NCBI GenBank assembly: GCA_950097015.1
Contig: CATNEN010000018.1
Span: forward strand, 1-64,000
Direction of reading: 5' to 3'
DNA length: 64,000 nt
Source: Macrostomum hystrix
Lineage: Eukaryota > Animalia > Platyhelminthes
The position numbers and the translations under genes were made by a program. The notes under the pieces were generated by a model. It was not told the DNA's origin. It did not search any database and worked only from the letters and a program-made list of their open reading frames with translations. The first letter of the stretch is position 1; the number at the start of each line of letters is the position of its first letter. Below are positions 58,666-64,000 of the stretch, in pieces.

Positions 58666-60871
58666 TGATGTGGAGTGTGCTGCGGGAATCGAGTGGGAAT
58701 GTGAGCCTGCAGAATTTTTCAAATTTTTAGGCAGTCAATAATTGCGACCCACCTAGCAGCTGGCCACGAAACAAGATCATTAATCTTAGGGCCGGGTTGG
58801 GGCGGCGGTGAATTAAGTAGCCGTCGAATCCCCTCTCCCTGGATCTGTTTTAGCCCCCTGTAGGAATGACTGATCGCGCCCATAACTTTATTGTATGAGT
58901 AGTTTAGGTCATAATTCCCCTCCAAACCGCGATCAGATATCGGGAATCACTCGGGCATTATGAGTGATCTTTAATTCTTCATGTCCCCACTTCTTTACAG
59001 TATTCGAGCCCAGCTCGACTTTATGACCTCCTCTCTTAGATACATGTAAATGTCACTGTAGGCAGGTCGGCGCCTGCGCTTCCCATTGTCCTGGCGGAGT
59101 AACAATTATTGGCCGACTGCCGGCGGCTGCTCGTAAAGGAGCATCTGTTGTTTCTCGCCGCCGGTTCATTGGGTAATCGGGGTGGCCATCGCCGCTTCGA
59201 TTCCTCGATGACAGGCTGGCGCGAATGTGGGTTATTTTGATGAATGTCGGGGTTGGCGTGCGGCAGGACTATTTAAGAAAGCGCGCTGCGCCGCTCCCTC
59301 TAGGACCTTCCCACCGACCTTCCACCTACCTCCTGGACCGCCCGGACCTCCTTTCCGACTCCGTTCGGACCCCGTTCGGACTCACCTTTACCACTTAGGG
59401 CTTAGAACCTCGAGCTCAAAGCTCAGCATAGCGCTCACAGGCCCATTGCCTGCGCCTGATTCCCTAACAGTGCAAGCCACCTCTTTAGGTGAGCCCTCAA
59501 ATTGAGCCTCAGAGCTCCACTGGTGCGTTGGCCCCTGCCAGCTCATAATTAGCTTTTCCCTTCTCTGCCTTTGCTATTTTGCCCTGCCCTCCCTCGAGAA
59601 CGACAGGCCTGCGGCACGCGACCGGCACTCAGATAAGTAACCCGCGTAGCGGTTTCTGATTGTTACCCCAAAGGGACTGTTCTTTTAGCTAGGCGGCACT
59701 TTAGTGGGAAAGGGCACTAGGACTTTTTGGCTTAATAAATTAGTACAACTTTAGCCAATCGTTTGATCATAGGCCAATCTTTAATAACAATTTAAATTCT
59801 TTCATTCTGCATGTTATCTTCCATGTTTATTTTATCTCTCAGACAGCCCTCAGTTATGAGTGGCTAAACTCCTAGGGGGTGGGCTCTGGTGATGCCGAGC
59901 TGAAGGCTGCGGCAGGAAGGCAACTGTACGCGCGCATAAGAGTAATAGGGAGCTAGGGATTCGCGGGCAGATGCGGAGCGTAGCATGTGCACCTCCGCTG
60001 GGGTGTGGGGGATTCCTTGGCGGGTTTTTCTCTCTTCCCAGCGGGTCAAAGGGTACGTGTCAAACTCCCTTGCCAATGGAGTTCCCCTTCTTTTCCCCCT
60101 CCTCTCGCGACTGCCGCCACAGGGGCGAGAGCGAGGATTAAATGACCTTTCGCTTGCGTAATCACTCAGTCCGTGTTCTGCCTAATCTCTCCAGCCTCTG
60201 ATTTCCTCAACTCACACAGATTCGGTTTGTTAGTTACTTAATGTGTAGGCTGCAGTCTAATGTATAGAATGTGTCTGATGTTTCATGAGTAGGATTCTGG
60301 CTATGGATTCTCATTCAAGTTCTTAGTACCACCTTTCTAGACCCCTGTAGCGCAAATTCAGGAATCTCCTTTTGAGGCGTGTCTCGATCCATTCTGGGGC
60401 TCTCACCCCAGGCTAAAACGGAAGTTGCAGAATGCCCTAATTTTCGGCTCGTCTAGATCTGCGTGATAAAGCAGGAGCTGTGTACTCCGGGGACCCAAGT
60501 TCCCAAATGCCTGCGGTGGCAACGTAGGCGCATTGGGTGGTGGCGCTACCCTCGATCATCTTTCCGCTTTGCCAATAGCCTTTCCGCAGTTCTGTGACAG
60601 GAGCCTAGACCAGTTCGACCACCGCTACCAAGGTTAGGAGTCAGTCGCGCACACACTACTGACGACAGTAGGCTGTCTAGCCCTGCCCTGTCCGATTCCG
60701 GGCAGTCCGACCCTCTTCTTAGACTTTTAGCCGGTTTCGAGCATTGCTTGGGGTAGGCACGGCGACATCTCGCGAGTTGCTAGGCGGGTATCTAATCGAC
60801 TATGTCGCCCGCCTCTGGTGATCATCTCTCATGAAGGCAGGTCAGCGGTTGCAAAACACCCACCCATTTCA
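58666..60871 (+). repeat. E3 5' LTR (2206 bp)
   Basis: TGATGTGGAG...CATTTCA, preceded by GGAT. Confidence 0.92.
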
Positions 60872-60873
60872 AA

Positions 60874-60893
60874 TGGTGGCACCAGGGTGGGAT
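60874..60893 (+). other. Variant PBS of E3 (TGGTGGCACCAGGGTGGGAT)
   Basis: Same position as the E1 PBS. The central GC is replaced by CCAG, so the tRNA-Leu match is imperfect. Confidence 0.7.
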
Positions 60894-62244
60894 CTAGAAA
60901 GGGCGCGAAACGAACTTGAAAAATTAAATTGTTAGTTTAGCGCTGCAGATTTCTGTGGTAGCTAGCCGGAAGGGCTCCTTCTAGATTTCATTTTCCGTAT
61001 GCCGAAATCTTATCTCTAAAGAGTGAATCTCAGCTCTAGTGACTGTCATTTAAAGTTCGAACAGTCGCAATCTGATTTCAATTTAATTTAGCTTTTGTTA
61101 GAATTTCCAAAATTCTGATTAGTGACTTTCTACTATGAGTAGGCTGTGTGAGCGGACTTCATGCTAGAGTGTCTTCGGGTTATGTGGCTACTGCAGGAGT
61201 TGGGGACTGTCTGCGGGGTTTTTCCTGCGTGACTGTTCTGGGCGGGGTTGGTCCAAATGCAGTAACCGGGCTTAGCCACGGACTCCTATCCGAGCGAGAT
61301 CCCGGGTGTATTCACCCTGGGCTTCCCAGTCTCGTCAATCGCGGGGGTGAGCCCCCGGCAACCCAACCGGGAAGGGCCCTCTGAGCGAATTCGGGGATTA
61401 TCCTTGCCTTGGGCGTCACGGATGGCCTGCTTGCATGTACCTGATTCTGAAGGTGCCACGTAGCTTTGACTAAGTCTAACTTAGGTGGGGAGCAGTTAGG
61501 GGAGTGGGACTATGAGGGGGTCTAACGACACCCGTGCCCGCTTCCCGAAGCTGCCGACCTTAAGGATAGGCTAGAATCCGGTCGGCACGGTGGTCTAAAT
61601 GCAGTAACCGGGCTTTGCCCCTACGGACTCCAATCCGAGCGAGGTTCCAGGCACATGAATCCTGGGTTTCACGGTCTCGTAAATCGCGAGGGGAGCCCCC
61701 GGCAATGCAGCCGGGAATCGATGACTCCCTGAACGAGTCGGGGATTATCTTTTCTCTGAGTATCTTATTGAGTCGTGTGCTTTCCAAGGTAGGGTGGCAG
61801 GCTGCTGCAGGCGCAGGCTTGTGGTGGTGCTGGCCCCGCCGTACCTATAGTGTAAAAGTCCGCTATAGGGTTGCAGAATGAGCGCTAAGTTAAAACCTAG
61901 ACTTCTATGTCCCAAATTCGAGTGCGCGCAAGCAGTTGTCGGAAGCCAAGGCTGGAAGCAAGAGCTAGCCAGGGCCCTAGGCCCTTTTTCTCTCCCTTCA
62001 TTTTACCTCTTTGGTTCTTTATCGGCCACTGCATCGCAGTGAATAAGTGCTAGGGCCGGGAACTCTCCTTGAACTTTTTGCCAGGCGACGTAAGTCAGCC
62101 GGGTTTTCTCTTTTTTTCACTTCCCACGGCCCCTGGTCGTGCGCAGAGCACTGCTCAACCCCCACCCTTCTCTTTCCCATTGTTGCAGTAGCGACAAACC
62201 CCCCATTTTTCAAAGCAAAATCCTCATACCTCTTTTGGCCGAAA

Positions 62245-62476
62245 ATGTCCGACCAGGAGGGTGAGGTCGTCGAGACAATTGGCGCCCCCCGTCCGATTGG
62301 AGGTAGGGCTGTCTCCGCGGAGAGGGGCCGGGAAAGGCGGCCTCTGCCCGAAACTGCGACCTCGGGAAGGCATCAGACCTCCCGAGCGCTGGGGCTATGC
62401 CAGAAGGATTCGTTTCCGCGAATCCGAGATCGGCTCCGAGCCCTGGGCAACATCGAGTGACGCTGACCCAGACTGA
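62245..62476 (+). pseudogene. gag-pol remnant: first ~39 codons joined out of frame to the last ~37 codons
   Basis: MSDQEGEVVETIGAPRP... matches the E1 N-terminus. In another frame GIRPPERWGYARRI...DPD* matches the E1 C-terminus GIRPPERWGYVRRI...DPG*. Confidence 0.92.
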
Positions 62477-64000
62477 GGGTAGGCAGCGCACAGCCGCGCG
62501 GGCCCAGACGCACCCACACGGTCGCGCTAGGGGACCAAGCCCTCCTCCGAATCATTTTGCTTAGCGAGCTACATCTTCTCACTAACTGTTTTTCTTTTTC
62601 GATCAAAAGCCATCTTGGCGCCAAAACTCTGCTTAAAAATCAATATAAACTAGCCAAAACCACAAAAACACACTTAGTGGGGTGAAATTACCCTTGTAAA
62701 GTTTTCGCATGAGATTTTTCGATAACTGTAGCACATTAGGGTTCGCACCTTCTTTTTCTAAACATTTAGTTCTAGTTGCACCGTTTATGTGAATGGCACC
62801 TTTTGCAGTGGCGTTTTTGCCTGGGTTGTCGGGAGTTTAGCTTGTGTCGGCTTCTATCTTAGGAGGGATACCTACCAACCCGCCAAAGTGAGCGGGGTGG
62901 TATGCATGTGGGATTTCAATGTTTGATTGGGAGTAGGCGGTTGTCAATCAAGAGGCCGACAGGGTCATATGGTTAATTCTGTGGGAGACAATCTGTTTTT
63001 CCACGAACCGCAGATTTCGAACGATTTGTGCTTCTTTTTCCTCTGGGAATAAAAAGCACATATCAGGGAAGCAGTTTTTTGCTTGCTTTGTTCAAATGGT
63101 GAGCACCTGAGCAGGGATTTTGCAATGAATCGTTCGAATAAGTAGGTCCAGATTTTCAAATATATATATATCCCAGCGGTTAGAATTGAGTTTATCCGTG
63201 GTCGCTAGGCGGTCGAAAAATTAGAGCAGCGTAAATTAGCCAAAGAACAGAACAAAGACGGAGTACGGGAATCAGTAGCGCGCATGCCGCGGCCATCAGG
63301 CCGGCCGCCACCGCCACGCCAATCGGGCTCCCCATCAGGCGCCAAGGCAGCCTCCTGCCCGGGTGGCAAATCAATGTCTGCAAAGTAAAAGTATTGGAGC
63401 GTATTAAGGAGTTATAGATGGGCAGCAATAGGTAAGGATTTCAAATGGTGGCTTATTGAGGGTAGGGCTAGGAATCAGGTCGCGTCAACTTACGAATGCT
63501 GAAAGTCACCCTCATTGAAGGCTGCGGCAGAGGATCTCTGAAAGTTAGGTGGGCGGGAAACTTGTGAGTTATTGATAGCGACGACTGCCAGCGCAGGTAT
63601 TTAGCTTTGAAGTTAAAAATTCAATCTAACTCTAATTAAAACGTCTAACAGGGTTTCTTTAGTTTAACAGTGGGCGAGGGCATCTGGGCCCGGGTAGAAA
63701 TCAATTACAGACACGAACAAGCTGGGTGTGCCAGGGGTCAGGATTAATGTCTATTCTAATAATTATGCAATAACTCTCGCAAAACCCCTTAATAACCGGC
63801 CCTGGGAGGCCGAGTAGAAGCAACAATAACTCACCTTTCTTCACCAGGCAGCTGGGCCACATTCAGGTTGTCAAACAACGGCAGCGCCGGATCGCGGGTC
63901 ATGAGCATTTTCTTTTACAGATTGTCACTGTGTTTAGAAATCAATTACTAGGATTGCAAGAGATAGCAGGCTTGAAGTTAATGGGGCGTCAAGTGTTTGT

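Larger units (their letters stand above)
58666..64000 (+). mobile_element. Internally deleted, non-autonomous (LARD-like) member E3 of the same LTR family, running off the window end
   Basis: 5' LTR 58666-60871, PBS-like site and a leader homologous to E1. A gag start is fused to the pol end. The 3' region is homologous to E1 up to ~12920 at the window edge. Confidence 0.92.

Overview
Eukaryotic, metazoan-type and repeat-rich DNA with spliceosomal introns. I saw no rRNA, tRNA or CRISPR. The window is a tandem segmental duplication (copy A ~1-34290, copy B ~40850-56290). Each copy carries a predicted three-exon gene that the ORF track shows only in pieces. An N-terminal hydrophobic segment and an ankyrin-repeat array (1705-2993; 41925-43012) splice in frame to two exons encoding a Mab-21/cGAS-like nucleotidyltransferase (cGLR-type; 16651-17000 + 18152-19887; 44110-44459 + 47959-49415). 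The predicted products are 1124 and 964 aa. The ankyrin modules keep a near-invariant framework and vary mainly at the hairpin and first-helix positions that form the binding face. This suggests a diversifying sensor fused to a signalling enzyme (inference). Three members of one long-LTR Ty3/Gypsy family are present. E1 is a full 12.5-kb element (3664-16119) with apparently identical 2.4-kb LTRs, an ATTA TSD, a tRNA-Leu PBS and an intact gag-RT-RH-IN ORF with no recognisable protease; it sits in intron 1 of copy A. E2 is a solo LTR (45154-47487, AGTA TSD) in intron 2 of copy B. E3 is an internally deleted LARD-like element (58666 to window end). The rest is minisatellite and satellite arrays (10- to 52-bp units, a 2362-bp higher-order repeat, telomere-like repeats) and reshuffled short modules. 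Splice models come from consensus sites and phase arithmetic, not transcripts.
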